Of a stretch of DNA of 64,000 nucleotides, positions 46,370 to 56,593 are shown piece by piece. A program made the position numbers and the translations under genes. The DNA is from Candidatus Palauibacter sp. (GTDB lineage: Bacteria; Gemmatimonadota; Gemmatimonadetes; Palauibacterales; Palauibacteraceae): assembly GCF_965208055.1 (NCBI RefSeq), contig NZ_CBDBNY010000004.1, positions 320,045 to 384,044 on the forward strand, in the 5' to 3' direction. The notes beneath the pieces were generated by a model. The model was not told where the DNA came from and made no database searches. It was given only the letters and a program-made list of their open reading frames with translations. Numbering within the stretch: position 1 is the stretch's first letter; each line of letters begins with the position of its first letter.

Positions 46370-47959
46370 TCATGGGGCATCCTCCAGCAGTTCATCCGCT
46401 GCGAGCCGCACCACGCGGATGCGCTGAATGTCGAGTTCGTCCCGATCGATGTAGGCCAGCAGGCCGTCCGGCCCGAACGCGGCCGGGATCCGCGGGCCCT
46501 CGGGCGCGATCGTCCCGAGGTAGCGTCCATCCGCGGTGAGAATGTCGGTGGGGCCTGGTTCGCCGGGAAGCGCCGTGCGCTGGACCCAGATCCGGTCGCT
46601 CCGGTCCACCGCGATGCTCGCGATGACCGGAATCACGTCGAGAAAGTTCATTTGGCGGATGCGATCTTCCGCCCGGCGAATGGCCTCTCGCATCGCGTTC
46701 CGCCTGACCTCCGGGCTGACGTCGCCGGGGTGCCCGCCGGCCTGTTGCACGGACACCGTCCCGCCACCGGTTCGAAGCGCCTCGATGCGGCGCTGGCGCT
46801 CCGTCTCCCGTATCGCACCGGTCACCGGGGCCGGAGTCAGGCGCCGTTCAAGGATGTCCGATACGCGACCCGACGAATCCAGGACCTTCAGGCGATAACC
46901 AATCGAATCGGCCAGGACCGTGCGGCCGTCGCGAAGCACGCCAAGGCTCAACGGAAGACCGAAGGCTTGCACGGGACTCGTCACGATCCTGGTATCCTGT
47001 GACCCGGCGCCGCTCTCAAGCGCCATCGGAGAAGGGTAATCCCAGGCGGCATGGAAGACCTCACGAGTCCCGTCGAGCCGAAACCGCGTGATCGGCCGAC
47101 CCTCGTCCGCTCCAATCATGGTGGAAACCGAGCCCCCGATAAGTTCGGGCGAGAGGAGGCTGTGGTCCGGCAGGGCGTAGATCGGCGATCCGGGCATGCC
47201 CTCGGCGACGCTGAACGGGACGGCATCCAGGAACTCACCGTCACGGCTGAAGAGCTGCAGCCCCGGCTTCGCGAGATCGTTGACGCCGATCCTGCCGTCG
47301 CCGAAGACGACAAGCGCAATCGGCTGGCCAAGCTCGCCGGGCCCGTCGCCGCGGCGCGAGATCGTGCGGACGAACTCGCCGGCGGAATCGATGACTACGA
47401 TGTGACCGGCGAGGTCATCGAGGATGAACAGCGTGCCGTCGGCGTCGAATGCGACATCCGACACGTAGCCGAACATCTCCCACGCAGCGCCTTCGACCAC
47501 GCCGACCGTGAAGACTGCTTCGACAGCGGAGGAGATGGGCCTGTCATCATCGGCGACCTGGGCAGCGACGGGGCTACCGCTCCGGGCCGCGACGGCGAGC
47601 GACGGGGCTACCGCTCCGGGCCGCGACGGCGAGCGACAGGGCGACCAGAGCCTCCCGACTGATGTGGTCGTGAGCACGCATGGTACCACCTCACCATGAA
47701 GGGTCCGCCCCGACGTCCGAAAGGATCTCCCGGCACCGGTCGGACGCTGCTGGGACAGGTGCGCGTACCCGGAGGGTTGTCCGCGACCCGCTATGTCGGG
47801 GGTCGCCGCGTGCTTGCGAGGCGGAGTCCCGGGATGAGCGCCGGGGTACTTCGCCGCGGAAATCCGCTCGGCGAGGCGCATCGACCCGAGGCCGGTCCAG
47901 TGCGGCCACTGCCCGGAGGCCGCGACCCCCAACAGGTAGAAGACCGCCCACATGGACAT
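46370..47959 (-). CDS. Beta-propeller repeat protein, tandem paralogue 2 (N-terminal boundary uncertain)
   Basis: Collinear with paralogue 1 (GTLFILDDLAGHIVVIDSAGEFVRTI...). The N-terminal ~100 codons of the listed ORF are low-complexity and probably not all translated. Confidence 0.5.
   Translation of the reverse strand: MSMWAVFYLLGVAASGQWPHWTGLGSMRLAERISAAKYPGAHPGTPPRKHAATPDIAGRGQPSGYAHLSQQRPTGAGRSFRTSGRTLHGEVVPCVLTTTSVGRLWSPCRSPSRPGAVAPSLAVAARSGSPVAAQVADDDRPISSAVEAVFTVGVVEGAAWEMFGYVSDVAFDADGTLFILDDLAGHIVVIDSAGEFVRTISRRGDGPGELGQPIALVVFGDGRIGVNDLAKPGLQLFSRDGEFLDAVPFSVAEGMPGSPIYALPDHSLLSPELIGGSVSTMIGADEGRPITRFRLDGTREVFHAAWDYPSPMALESGAGSQDTRIVTSPVQAFGLPLSLGVLRDGRTVLADSIGYRLKVLDSSGRVSDILERRLTPAPVTGAIRETERQRRIEALRTGGGTVSVQQAGGHPGDVSPEVRRNAMREAIRRAEDRIRQMNFLDVIPVIASIAVDRSDRIWVQRTALPGEPGPTDILTADGRYLGTIAPEGPRIPAAFGPDGLLAYIDRDELDIQRIRVVRLAADELLEDAP
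47562..47640. repeat. Tandem direct repeat (~34 bp x 2)
   Basis: ggggctaccgctccgggccgcgacggcgagcga occurs twice in tandem, within the 5' low-complexity part of gene 46370-47959. Confidence 0.7.
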
Positions 47960-48037
47960 CTCGCACAGATAGTTGGGATGGCGGGAATAGCGGAACAGGC
48001 CGGAGGTCGTGAACAGGCGTTCGACCTCCTCGCCGGC

Positions 48038-51000
48038 TCAGGTCGCGGTCAGCCGCCGCACCAGCGCCTGCAGCCATTCGCTCACCTCCCGGACCTCCTC
48101 CCGGAGTTCCTCGTGCCGCTCGTAGGCGTCGGCGCCCGGCGCCTGGTCGGCCCGCCCGGTCATGCCGGCGAGATAGTTGAGCTGGCTCAGGAGCATGGGG
48201 CGCGGATAGCTGCCCTCCGCGTCGTTTACGCGCGCGTCGAGTTCGGCGAGTTCCTCGGCCACATCGTCGAGCGTCTCGTTGCGGCCGCCGCCGGCGTCCG
48301 CGCGCGCCTCCGCGATTTGCTCGCGCAGATCGTCGATGCCGTCCGCGACCTCACGGGCCTCCGCCTGCGTCTCCCGCACGGCGAGGTTGAACCGGTACTG
48401 TTCCTCGAGGTCGGCGACGGTGACTCCCTCCGCCGCCACCCGCGGGTCGATCCGCAGTTCGAGCCCCGCCTCGGCCGTCACGCCGCCCGCCGAGAGGCGA
48501 ACCGTGTAGTCGCCCGGCGGCACGATCGGCCCGCCGCGCCCCTGGCCCTGCGAGCGCAGATCCCAGCGCAGCCGGTGCATGCCCGGCGCTGACGAGACCC
48601 CACGCGAGGGCCCGCCGCGCGGCGCCATGCGCTGCATCGCCGGTCCTCCCGCCCGGGCCGCCCCGCCGCCTCCGCCGCCGGCGTAGGAGCGGATCACCTC
48701 GCCGTCCGCGTCGAGAATCTCGATCTCCACCGTTTCGTCGGGTCCCAGGTCCGGCGAGATCCAGTAGTTGATGTCCGCGCCCGCTCCGCGATAGTTCGGC
48801 CGCGCCGTATTCGAGGCCCATTCGAAGCCCGAGTTCCGTCCGGGGCGCGTGCGGTACTGCGGCCGTCCCTCGAACAGGTGCGCCCCGCCTCCCGCCGCGA
48901 CCGATCCGTCGGCGCCGATCTCGTGCAACGGCGTGAGATCGTCCAGCACCCAGAATCCCCGGCCCATGGTCGAGAGCGCCAGGTCCTGCCGGTACACCTC
49001 GATGTCCGTCACGGGCGTCAACGGGAGGTCGAGCTGGAACGGCTGCCATGTCGCCCCGTCGTCGAAGGAGATGAAGAGCCCGAACTCCGTCCCCGCGTAC
49101 AGCAGGCCCGCGCGGTCCGGATCCTCGCGCACGACCCGCACGGGCACATCCGCGGGAATCCCGTTCGTCCCATCGGTGAGCGGCGTCCACGTCTCCCCCG
49201 CGTCGTCCGTCCGGTAGACGTAGGGGCTGAAGTCGCCGAGCAGGAAGCGGTACCCGGCCACGTACACCTTGTCCGGATCGTGCCGGGAGATGTCGATCGA
49301 GTTGATGCGGCCCTCGGGCGGCATGTCCGCCGGCGTCACGTTTTCCCACGACTCCCCGCCATCCGGCGTCACGTACACCGGGCCGTCGTTCGCCCCCGTC
49401 CAGATGACGTCGGGGTCGTGCGGCGAGGCCTCGATCACGTAGAGCGTGGAATAGTGCTCCTCTCCGGTCGCGTCGCGCGTGATCGGCCCGCCCGACACCA
49501 TCTGCCGCTCCGGGCGAAACGCGGTCAGGTCCGGCGAGATCCGCTCCCACGTGCGCCCCCCATCGCGGGTGCGGTGCACGTACTGCGAGCCGTGATAGAC
49601 GAGGTTCGGGTCGTGCGGCGACACCTCGATGGGCACGACCCGCTGGAAGCGGTAGGGGAGGTTGGCGGGGTTCGTGCCGTACATGTTCACCGCGCCGACG
49701 TAGTACTGCTGCTCCTGGCCGGTGCGCTGGTTGTAGACCCCGAAACGCCCCTTGCAGTTCGCGTACACGATGTCCGGGTCGCCCGGCTTCGGCACCGCGG
49801 GACCCGTCTCGCACCCGCCCGGCGAGCGCCAGTACGCGTCGGGACCGCCCGGCGCCGAGAGCGAAGGCTGCCGACTCGGCACCGCGACCGTATACGCGTC
49901 ATCCTGCTGCCCCGCGTAGAGCCAGTAGGGGAAGCGGTCGTCCACATCGACCTGGTACAGTTCCGCGGTGGGCTGGTTGTTGACCGGCGACCACGTCTGC
50001 CCCCCATCCAGCGTCACGACCCCGCCGCCGTCGCTGCCGTGGACCATGATCCGCGGGTCGTCCGGGTTGATCCACAGGTCGTGGTCGTCCCCGTGCACGT
50101 TCGGGATCGTCCGGAAGGTCTCTCCCCCGTCCGTCGACTTCCATGTGGACAGGTTGAGGACATAGACGACGTTCCCGTCCGTCGGATCCGCGGTGATGTT
50201 CGTGAAGTAGAAAGGCCGGTGCATGAGCTGGTTCCGCGGGTCGTCGTTGATCAACTCCCACGTCTCCCCGGCGTCGTCCGAGCGGTACAGGCCTTCGATC
50301 GGTTCGGGCGCCTCCACGAGCGCGTAGACGCGGTCGGGCATGTCCGCCGAGACGGAGAAGTCGACCTTGCCGATGAGGCCGTCCGGGAGCCCCGCCGTGA
50401 TTCGTCGCCAGGTCTCGCCCCCGTCCGTCGTCTTCCAGATGCCGTCCTCGTCGCTCGCCCCGGAGATGATCGACCACGGATGACGCTGCGCCCGCCACAT
50501 CCCGGCATAGATGACGTCCGGGTCCGCCGGATGAAACTCGAGATCGACCGCGCCGACGGAGTCCGAGGTGAAGAGGATGCGCTCCCAGTCGAGACCGCCG
50601 TTCGACGAGCGATAGACGCCCCGCGTCTCATTGTTGATGAACGGGTTTCCCATCGCGGCCGCATAGACGAGATCCGGGTTGTCCGGGTGGGCCTTCACGG
50701 ATGCGATCTGGCCCGCATCCTCCAGTCCGACGTGTTCCCAGGTCTCGCCGGCGTCCGTCGACTTATGGATGCCCTTGCCGATGATGATATTCGAGCGGAT
50801 GCCGTCCGAGCCCGTCCCGACATAGAGGATATTCGGGTCCGAGTCGGCCACTTCGATATGGCCGATGGAGGGAGACCGAAAATACCCGTCGGAGATATTC
50901 TCCCACGTCATCCCGTAGTTCGTCGTTTTCCACACGCCGCCGCCGGTCGCCCCCTGGTAGAAGGTGTGGGGATGGGAGCGGTGGCCCTCGACCGCCGTGA

Positions 51001-51217
51001 CGCGGCCGCCGCGCGAGGGGCCGACGAAGCGGAAGGAGAGGCCGCCGAAGAGACTCGGGTCGACCGTCTCCGCGGCCGGGGGCGGGTTTCGGAGGCCGGC
51101 CGGACGTTGACCCACGATCGCGCCGTCCTGTGCGGCGAGGGGCCACGCGAGGGCGCCGACGGCGACCAGAGGCATGAGGACCGTTCGTGTTCCGGAAATC
51201 GGGGCGGGGAATCGCAT
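48038..51217 (-). CDS. Sortilin/VPS10-like BNR (Asp-box) repeat protein with a C-terminal extension
   Basis: Signal peptide. Many Asp-box motifs (S.DGG.TW: STDAGETW, TTDGGETW, SDDAGETW, STDGGETF, TRDGGRTW, TDDAGETW...). C-terminal ~250 aa are Gly-rich low complexity followed by a coiled-coil-like acidic tail. Confidence 0.8.
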   Translation of the reverse strand: MRFPAPISGTRTVLMPLVAVGALAWPLAAQDGAIVGQRPAGLRNPPPAAETVDPSLFGGLSFRFVGPSRGGRVTAVEGHRSHPHTFYQGATGGGVWKTTNYGMTWENISDGYFRSPSIGHIEVADSDPNILYVGTGSDGIRSNIIIGKGIHKSTDAGETWEHVGLEDAGQIASVKAHPDNPDLVYAAAMGNPFINNETRGVYRSSNGGLDWERILFTSDSVGAVDLEFHPADPDVIYAGMWRAQRHPWSIISGASDEDGIWKTTDGGETWRRITAGLPDGLIGKVDFSVSADMPDRVYALVEAPEPIEGLYRSDDAGETWELINDDPRNQLMHRPFYFTNITADPTDGNVVYVLNLSTWKSTDGGETFRTIPNVHGDDHDLWINPDDPRIMVHGSDGGGVVTLDGGQTWSPVNNQPTAELYQVDVDDRFPYWLYAGQQDDAYTVAVPSRQPSLSAPGGPDAYWRSPGGCETGPAVPKPGDPDIVYANCKGRFGVYNQRTGQEQQYYVGAVNMYGTNPANLPYRFQRVVPIEVSPHDPNLVYHGSQYVHRTRDGGRTWERISPDLTAFRPERQMVSGGPITRDATGEEHYSTLYVIEASPHDPDVIWTGANDGPVYVTPDGGESWENVTPADMPPEGRINSIDISRHDPDKVYVAGYRFLLGDFSPYVYRTDDAGETWTPLTDGTNGIPADVPVRVVREDPDRAGLLYAGTEFGLFISFDDGATWQPFQLDLPLTPVTDIEVYRQDLALSTMGRGFWVLDDLTPLHEIGADGSVAAGGGAHLFEGRPQYRTRPGRNSGFEWASNTARPNYRGAGADINYWISPDLGPDETVEIEILDADGEVIRSYAGGGGGGAARAGGPAMQRMAPRGGPSRGVSSAPGMHRLRWDLRSQGQGRGGPIVPPGDYTVRLSAGGVTAEAGLELRIDPRVAAEGVTVADLEEQYRFNLAVRETQAEAREVADGIDDLREQIAEARADAGGGRNETLDDVAEELAELDARVNDAEGSYPRPMLLSQLNYLAGMTGRADQAPGADAYERHEELREEVREVSEWLQALVRRLTAT

Positions 51218-51230
51218 GTCTACTCCTGGG

Positions 51231-52904
51231 TTATCGCGTCTTGACGAGCGCTTGGCCGGCGAGCGCGTCCGTGAAGCGGCCCTCGTCGATCGCGAGCGTG
51301 CCGTTGACGAGGCAGTACTCGACCCCCTCGGCGAGACCGTGCGGGTCGTCGTACCCGGCGGTGTCGCGGAACCGCGCGAGGTCCACGACGATCACGTCGG
51401 CGACCCCGCCCGCCTCGAGCACCCCGCGGCCCTCGATCCCGTACACGCGGGCCGGGAGCGCCGTCATGGCGTGAATCGCCTGTTCGAGCGTGGTGACGCC
51501 TTCCTCCATCACGTACTTGCGGATCCGGCGCGGGAAGGCGCCGAAGCCGCGCGGGTGCGGGTGTCCTTCGCCCGGCGCCCAGAGCGAACCGTCGGACGAA
51601 GTCATCATCCAGGGCTGCGCCATGAAGCGCTCGATGTCCTCGTCGTTCATGTTGAAGGAGGTAAGGCCGGTGCCGCCGCCTCCCTCACGCGCCTCCACGA
51701 GCAGGGAGAGCGCGGTTTCGATCGCGTCCATCCCGCGCTCCTCCGCGACATCGGCCAGCGTCCGGCCCCCGTGCGGACCGCCCTGGAGCATGAGCCGGTC
51801 GGCGCCGCCCCGGCGGTCGAGGTTCTCCCACATGTCCGCCACGAGCCGCGCGCGTTCGCCCGCGTTCTCCATGCGCGCGTAGAGGGCGCCATCGTCGCCG
51901 GCGAGCGCCCAGCGCGGGACCAGGGCCCCGACGATGCTCGTGCCGGAGGCCTCGTAGGGATACTGGTCCGCGTAGACCGCGAGACCTTCCGCCCGGGCGG
52001 CCTCGATGTGGCGGACGACCTCGGCGGACTCGCCCCAGACGCGGGGACCGAGCGCCTTGATGTGCGTGACCACGCCGGTGATGCCGGAGCCCCGCGAGAT
52101 CTCGATGACCTCGTCCACGGCGCCGAGCAGGCCGATCGAATAGTCCGACTCGTCGCGGATGTGACTCTGGTACACGCCGCCGAACCCGGCGGCCACCTTC
52201 GCGAGTTCGACGACCTCGCCGGTGGGGGCGTACGACCCCGGAGAGTAGTAGAGGCCGGAGGAAAGCCCGAAGGCGCCCCCGCTCATGCCGTCGCGAACGA
52301 TGGTCCGCATGCGGTCGAGTTCCTCGGGCGTGGCTTCGCGCGCCTGCATCCCGAGTACCGCGCGGCGCACGCTGCCGTGCCCGACGAGTTGCCCCACGTT
52401 CACTCCGACGCCGGGGTCCCGGATCCGCGCCCGCTGGTCGGCGAGGTCGATCGTGCCGCCGCCATCGGGGTTCGCGAAGATCGTCGTGATCCCCTGTGCG
52501 AGGAGCGGGTGCGCCGTCCGCAGTTCACCGCGCAACAGCGCCGGCATGGCGTGGGAATGCGTGTCGATGAAGCCGGGGAAGATGTGCAGGCCGTTCGCGT
52601 CGATGACCCGGTCGGCGGTCGCCGCGCCCAGGTCGCCCAGGGCGGCGATCCGCCCGCCGTCGATCGCGAGGTCTCCGGTGCGGGCCGCGCTCCCGGAGCC
52701 GTCGACGAGCGTGCCGCCCCGGATGATCAGGTCGTAGCTCTGCGCGTCGGCGGGTCCGGCGGTCCACCAGCCGCCGGTGAGGAGCGCCGCGGCAGCGATG
52801 AGGGTCCGGGCGGCCCGTAGCGCCGGCACGGAATTTCGCCGCAAGCTGCCGGGCGTCCGCGGGGCGTGGCGGGGCGCAGTCGGGAAAAGCATGTTGTAGG
52901 TCAT
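51231..52904 (-). CDS. D-aminoacylase (N-acyl-D-amino-acid deacylase), amidohydrolase superfamily
   Basis: Motifs PGFIDTHSH, YQSHIRDE and C-terminal GVADVIVVDL. ATG at 52904 with a signal-like N-terminus. Confidence 0.85.
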   Translation of the reverse strand: MTYNMLFPTAPRHAPRTPGSLRRNSVPALRAARTLIAAAALLTGGWWTAGPADAQSYDLIIRGGTLVDGSGSAARTGDLAIDGGRIAALGDLGAATADRVIDANGLHIFPGFIDTHSHAMPALLRGELRTAHPLLAQGITTIFANPDGGGTIDLADQRARIRDPGVGVNVGQLVGHGSVRRAVLGMQAREATPEELDRMRTIVRDGMSGGAFGLSSGLYYSPGSYAPTGEVVELAKVAAGFGGVYQSHIRDESDYSIGLLGAVDEVIEISRGSGITGVVTHIKALGPRVWGESAEVVRHIEAARAEGLAVYADQYPYEASGTSIVGALVPRWALAGDDGALYARMENAGERARLVADMWENLDRRGGADRLMLQGGPHGGRTLADVAEERGMDAIETALSLLVEAREGGGGTGLTSFNMNDEDIERFMAQPWMMTSSDGSLWAPGEGHPHPRGFGAFPRRIRKYVMEEGVTTLEQAIHAMTALPARVYGIEGRGVLEAGGVADVIVVDLARFRDTAGYDDPHGLAEGVEYCLVNGTLAIDEGRFTDALAGQALVKTR

Positions 52905-53007
52905 AGGGTCGAATCTGTCGGCCCGGATGGGAACCGCACAAGCAACGCGCACACAGGCAAGCTCACGCAGACAAGGCTCCCACACGAACGCTCATCGGAG
53001 GCACTCA

Positions 53008-54404
53008 TGCGCCGGAATCGTGTTCCGCTGTCGTCCCTCACGCTCGCCGGAATCGCGGCCGGCCTCGCCGTCGCGGCCGGAACCGCCCTCGCCACGCCGA
53101 CATCGCTCGAGGCCCAGGCCTTCGAGGACGCGCGCGGGAACATGTCCATCGCCCTCGCCGGCGACGCGATCATCTCCCGGAAGATGTCACCGTACCGAGA
53201 GCCCGAGTTCCTCGCCCTGCGGGACATCATCCAGAGCGCGACCACCGCGTTCGTGAACCTCGAGATCCTCTTCCACGACTACGAGGACGACGTGATCCCG
53301 GCGGCGGCGAGCGGCGGCACGTACATGCGGGCGGAGCCCGAAATCGCGCATGAACTCGCCTGGTTCGGCTTCGACATGGTGAGCCTGGCGAACAACCACA
53401 CGATGGACTTCGGGGCGGGCGGGGCGCGGCGCACGGTGGCGGCGGCAGAGGCGGCGGGACTCGCGGTCGCCGGATTCGGCGAGAACCTCGCGCGGGCGCG
53501 GGCCCCGGCCTACGTGGACACGCCCGGCGGCCGGGTCGCGCTGATCTCGATCGCCTCGACCTTCGCCGATGCGATGCGGGCCGGCCACCAGCGGCCGGAT
53601 GTACGGGGTCGCCCGGGGCTGAGCCCGATCCGCTACGAACGGCAGGTGACGGTGACCGCCGAGCAACTGGCGGGTCTCCGGAGCGCCCTCGCCGTCGCGG
53701 GGCGGGGCGGCGGCTCCGGCCCTCGGGTGAGCTTCGGGGGCAGCACGTTCATGGAGGGATCGAAGCCCGGCGTGAAGACGGTGCCGCACGCCGGAGATCT
53801 GGCGGAGATCATCGAAGTCGTGAAGGAGGCGCAACGCCAGGCCGAGTGGGTCATCGTCACGAGCCACTCGCATGAAGGCGCGGATCGCCGCGAGGTGCCG
53901 GCGGACTTCCTCGTCGACGTCGCCCGGGCGGTCGTCGACGCGGGCGCGGACATGTTCGTGGGCCACGGCCCCCACATCCTGCGCGCGATCGAGATGTACC
54001 AGGGCAAGCCGATCTTCTACTCGCTGGCGAACTTCGCCATGCAGAACGAGACGATCGAGTTCCAGCCGCAGGACAACTACGAGGCCCAGGGACTCGGGTA
54101 CGACGACCTTCCGGGCAAGTTCCAGGATGTGCGGATCGAGCGGGCCGGGGCTTCCTCCTTCCCGGCCGGGAAGGGCTTCTGGGAGAGCGTCGTCCCCGTC
54201 GTCGAGTACGAGGGCGGGATGCTGAGGGAGATCCGGCTCCACCCCATCACCATGGGCTGGCAGCTGCCGCGGCCGGTGCGCGGGCGCCCGATGATGGCGG
54301 ACGATGCGCACGGGCAGGAGATCCTCGATGGCCTGGCGAAACTCTCCGCCGAGTTCGGAACGACGATGACGATCGAGGACGGCGTCGGCGTCATCCGGCC
54401 CTGA
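53008..54404 (+). CDS. CapA/PgsA family metallophosphatase-like protein (poly-gamma-glutamate capsule biosynthesis-type)
   Basis: Motifs GD.I..R, FVNLE, ANNHTMDFG, VTSHSHEG and VGHGPH typical of CapA. Signal peptide present. Confidence 0.8.
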
Positions 54405-54419
54405 CCGGCTCCGTCGGCG

Positions 54420-55154
54420 TCAGACGGGGGCGGGCGAGATCTTCTTGCGGGGCGGGGGATAGGCGCGCGCGGACGGCTTGACGCCGGTGGCGGCGAACGA
54501 TTCCGCCGCCTTGAGCGCAGCGAGCACCGGGTTGATGACGGGCACGCCGAGGCGCTCGCCGAGCTTCCGCGCCACGTCGAGAAACCCCATCGTCATGCAG
54601 CCGAGGACGAGCGTGTCCGCGCCGGCGCGCAGCGCCGCGTGAGCCTCCGTCTCGAGCGTCTCGAGCACCTGCCCCGCGCGCTGTCTGAGTTCGAGCACCG
54701 GGACGTCCACCGCCCTGATGTCCGCCACGAGGCCTTCGAGGCCGTAGCCCCGCACCTGGCGGCGGATCGCCGGTATGACCTCCTCGACGACCGTGATGAT
54801 CGCGAAGCGCTGCCCCATCTGCGCGGCGGCGAGCGCTCCGGCCTGGCCCGGGCCGATGACGGGGAAGTCCACGAGTTCCCGCGCCGGGGCGAGGCCGGGA
54901 TCGCCGAAGCAACCGATGATCATCGCGTCGAACCCTTCCGCCTCCAGGCGGGGCGCGGCGTCGAGGATGCCGGGAACCGAGAGATACTCCTCGGCGGACG
55001 ATTCGACCGAGGCGGGACCGTCGTCCGTCTCGCGAACGACGGCCTCCGTCCCATGAAAGGCATGCTCGTTGAGGAAGGCTTGGCGCCGGACGAGTTCCTC
55101 CGGCCCGAGGGGGCCGCGGGACATCGGTCCGGGAAGGAAGTAGACGATGCGCAT
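54420..55154 (-). CDS. Asp/Glu/hydantoin racemase family protein
   Basis: 244 aa. Two catalytic-Cys regions (MIIGCFGDPG and LVLGCMTMG). Confidence 0.8.
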   Translation of the reverse strand: MRIVYFLPGPMSRGPLGPEELVRRQAFLNEHAFHGTEAVVRETDDGPASVESSAEEYLSVPGILDAAPRLEAEGFDAMIIGCFGDPGLAPARELVDFPVIGPGQAGALAAAQMGQRFAIITVVEEVIPAIRRQVRGYGLEGLVADIRAVDVPVLELRQRAGQVLETLETEAHAALRAGADTLVLGCMTMGFLDVARKLGERLGVPVINPVLAALKAAESFAATGVKPSARAYPPPRKKISPAPV

Positions 55155-55299
55155 GGTTTCGTGATTCCCTTCGAGCTTTTCATCAGTTCGAGGATTGCGG
55201 TTCCCGTATCCCGGATATCGAACCGGCCATACGTTACGGAGTTGGCGGCCGCCACTCCCGCGCGCCCAAGGCCAACATAGCCTGACGGCTGAGAATTCG

Positions 55300-56583
55300 A
55301 TGATCAAGTCGCTTCGTCTCGTCAACTTCAAGAATTTCGCGGACGAAACCCTTCGCATGGGGCCGTTCACGGTCGTCGCGGGTGCAAACGCTAGCGGCAA
55401 GAGCAACATTCGAGACGCCTTCCGCATCCTTCATGGGATCGGCCGCGGCTACGGCCTCGCCGAAATCCTCGGGGGCAGGTACGGTCCCGGAGGGGAACTT
55501 CAGTGGAACCCGATCCGCGGCGCGCCAGGTGAGATCGCCCGCCTCGGCTCAGCTTCCTTCACGTTGCAAGTCGAAATGAACCTTACCGGCCAGGCGCGAG
55601 CGTGGCCGCCGCTGATGAAGTACGGCATCAAGATTGCCGTAGAGCAGGGAGCCTCACGGGAGTTCCGCGTCGTTTCCGAGAACCTGACCGTGAGGAACAA
55701 ACCCATCTATACGAGTCACCCGCCGGCACCTGATCCTGTTGCGAAACAAGATGACGAGACAAACTTCCTGCTGCGTATGGCCAAGACCGGCGATCAGAGG
55801 AAATACGGGCACCGCGTGATGGTGAGACCGGATCAGCCCGCGCTCACACAGATTCGAGAACACAAGAAGGTAGTGCGGCCGCACAAGGATTATGCGCAGC
55901 AGGTCATCGAGACGTTGGCGAACATGCGGTTCCTCGACCTCCTCCCCGACAGAATGCGTCGGCCGGCATTCCCTGGGCAGAGCACTTTAGGGGACAGAGG
56001 GGAGAACCTGCCCACGGTGCTCAAGGAGATCTGTGAGGACCCTTCTCGCCGCAGTGCCCTGGTGTCATGGATCCGAGAACTGACCCCAATGGATGTAGAG
56101 GATCTCAAATTCGTCAGCGACCCGACGACGGGATTGATCCAACTCGTATTCCGTGAGACGGATGGAAGCGATATCTCAGCCTATTCCGCTTCTGACGGGA
56201 CGCTCCGGTTCCTCGCTGTACTGGCGGCTCTTCTGGCGAAGAATCCTGTGGGTCTGCATGTATTCGAAGAGATCGATAACGGCATTCACCCGTCGCGCCT
56301 GCGGTTGCTACTCGATCTGATCGAAAGTCAGACCAAGAAGGGGCGGACGCAGGTTGTAACCACAACTCACTCCCCAGGCCTCCTCTCGATGGTTGGCGAC
56401 GAGACCTTCGACAGCACGGGTGTGGTCGTCCGGCGACCGCATGCGAACGATAGTGTCATTGCCTCGGTGGCAAACCTTCCCGACGCCAAGAACCTGAGAG
56501 GATCCACGGGCCTCGGCAGCCTGCTCGAGTCGAACTGGCTGGAGGATGCCGTGATCTTTACGCTCCCGGACGACGGCACTTGA
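55300..56583 (+). CDS. ABC-type (AAA_21/AAA_15-like) ATPase of the OLD/RecF-like conflict-system type
   Basis: N-terminal MIKSLRLVNFKNF...FTVVAGANASGKSNIRDAF (Walker A). Signature-like SASDGTLRFLAVL. Walker B/D-loop LHVFEEIDNGIHP. H-loop VVTTTHSP. Local GC is ~46-55% against ~68-70% in the flanks. Confidence 0.8.
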   Translation: MIKSLRLVNFKNFADETLRMGPFTVVAGANASGKSNIRDAFRILHGIGRGYGLAEILGGRYGPGGELQWNPIRGAPGEIARLGSASFTLQVEMNLTGQARAWPPLMKYGIKIAVEQGASREFRVVSENLTVRNKPIYTSHPPAPDPVAKQDDETNFLLRMAKTGDQRKYGHRVMVRPDQPALTQIREHKKVVRPHKDYAQQVIETLANMRFLDLLPDRMRRPAFPGQSTLGDRGENLPTVLKEICEDPSRRSALVSWIRELTPMDVEDLKFVSDPTTGLIQLVFRETDGSDISAYSASDGTLRFLAVLAALLAKNPVGLHVFEEIDNGIHPSRLRLLLDLIESQTKKGRTQVVTTTHSPGLLSMVGDETFDSTGVVVRRPHANDSVIASVANLPDAKNLRGSTGLGSLLESNWLEDAVIFTLPDDGT

Positions 56584-56593
56584 GGATCCTGAA

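Noticed and set aside
48878-52820. Plus-strand ORFs 48878-51244 and 51174-52820 antisense to the sortilin-like and D-aminoacylase genes
   Set aside because: The real genes are on the minus strand and contain Asp-box motifs and amidohydrolase motifs respectively.
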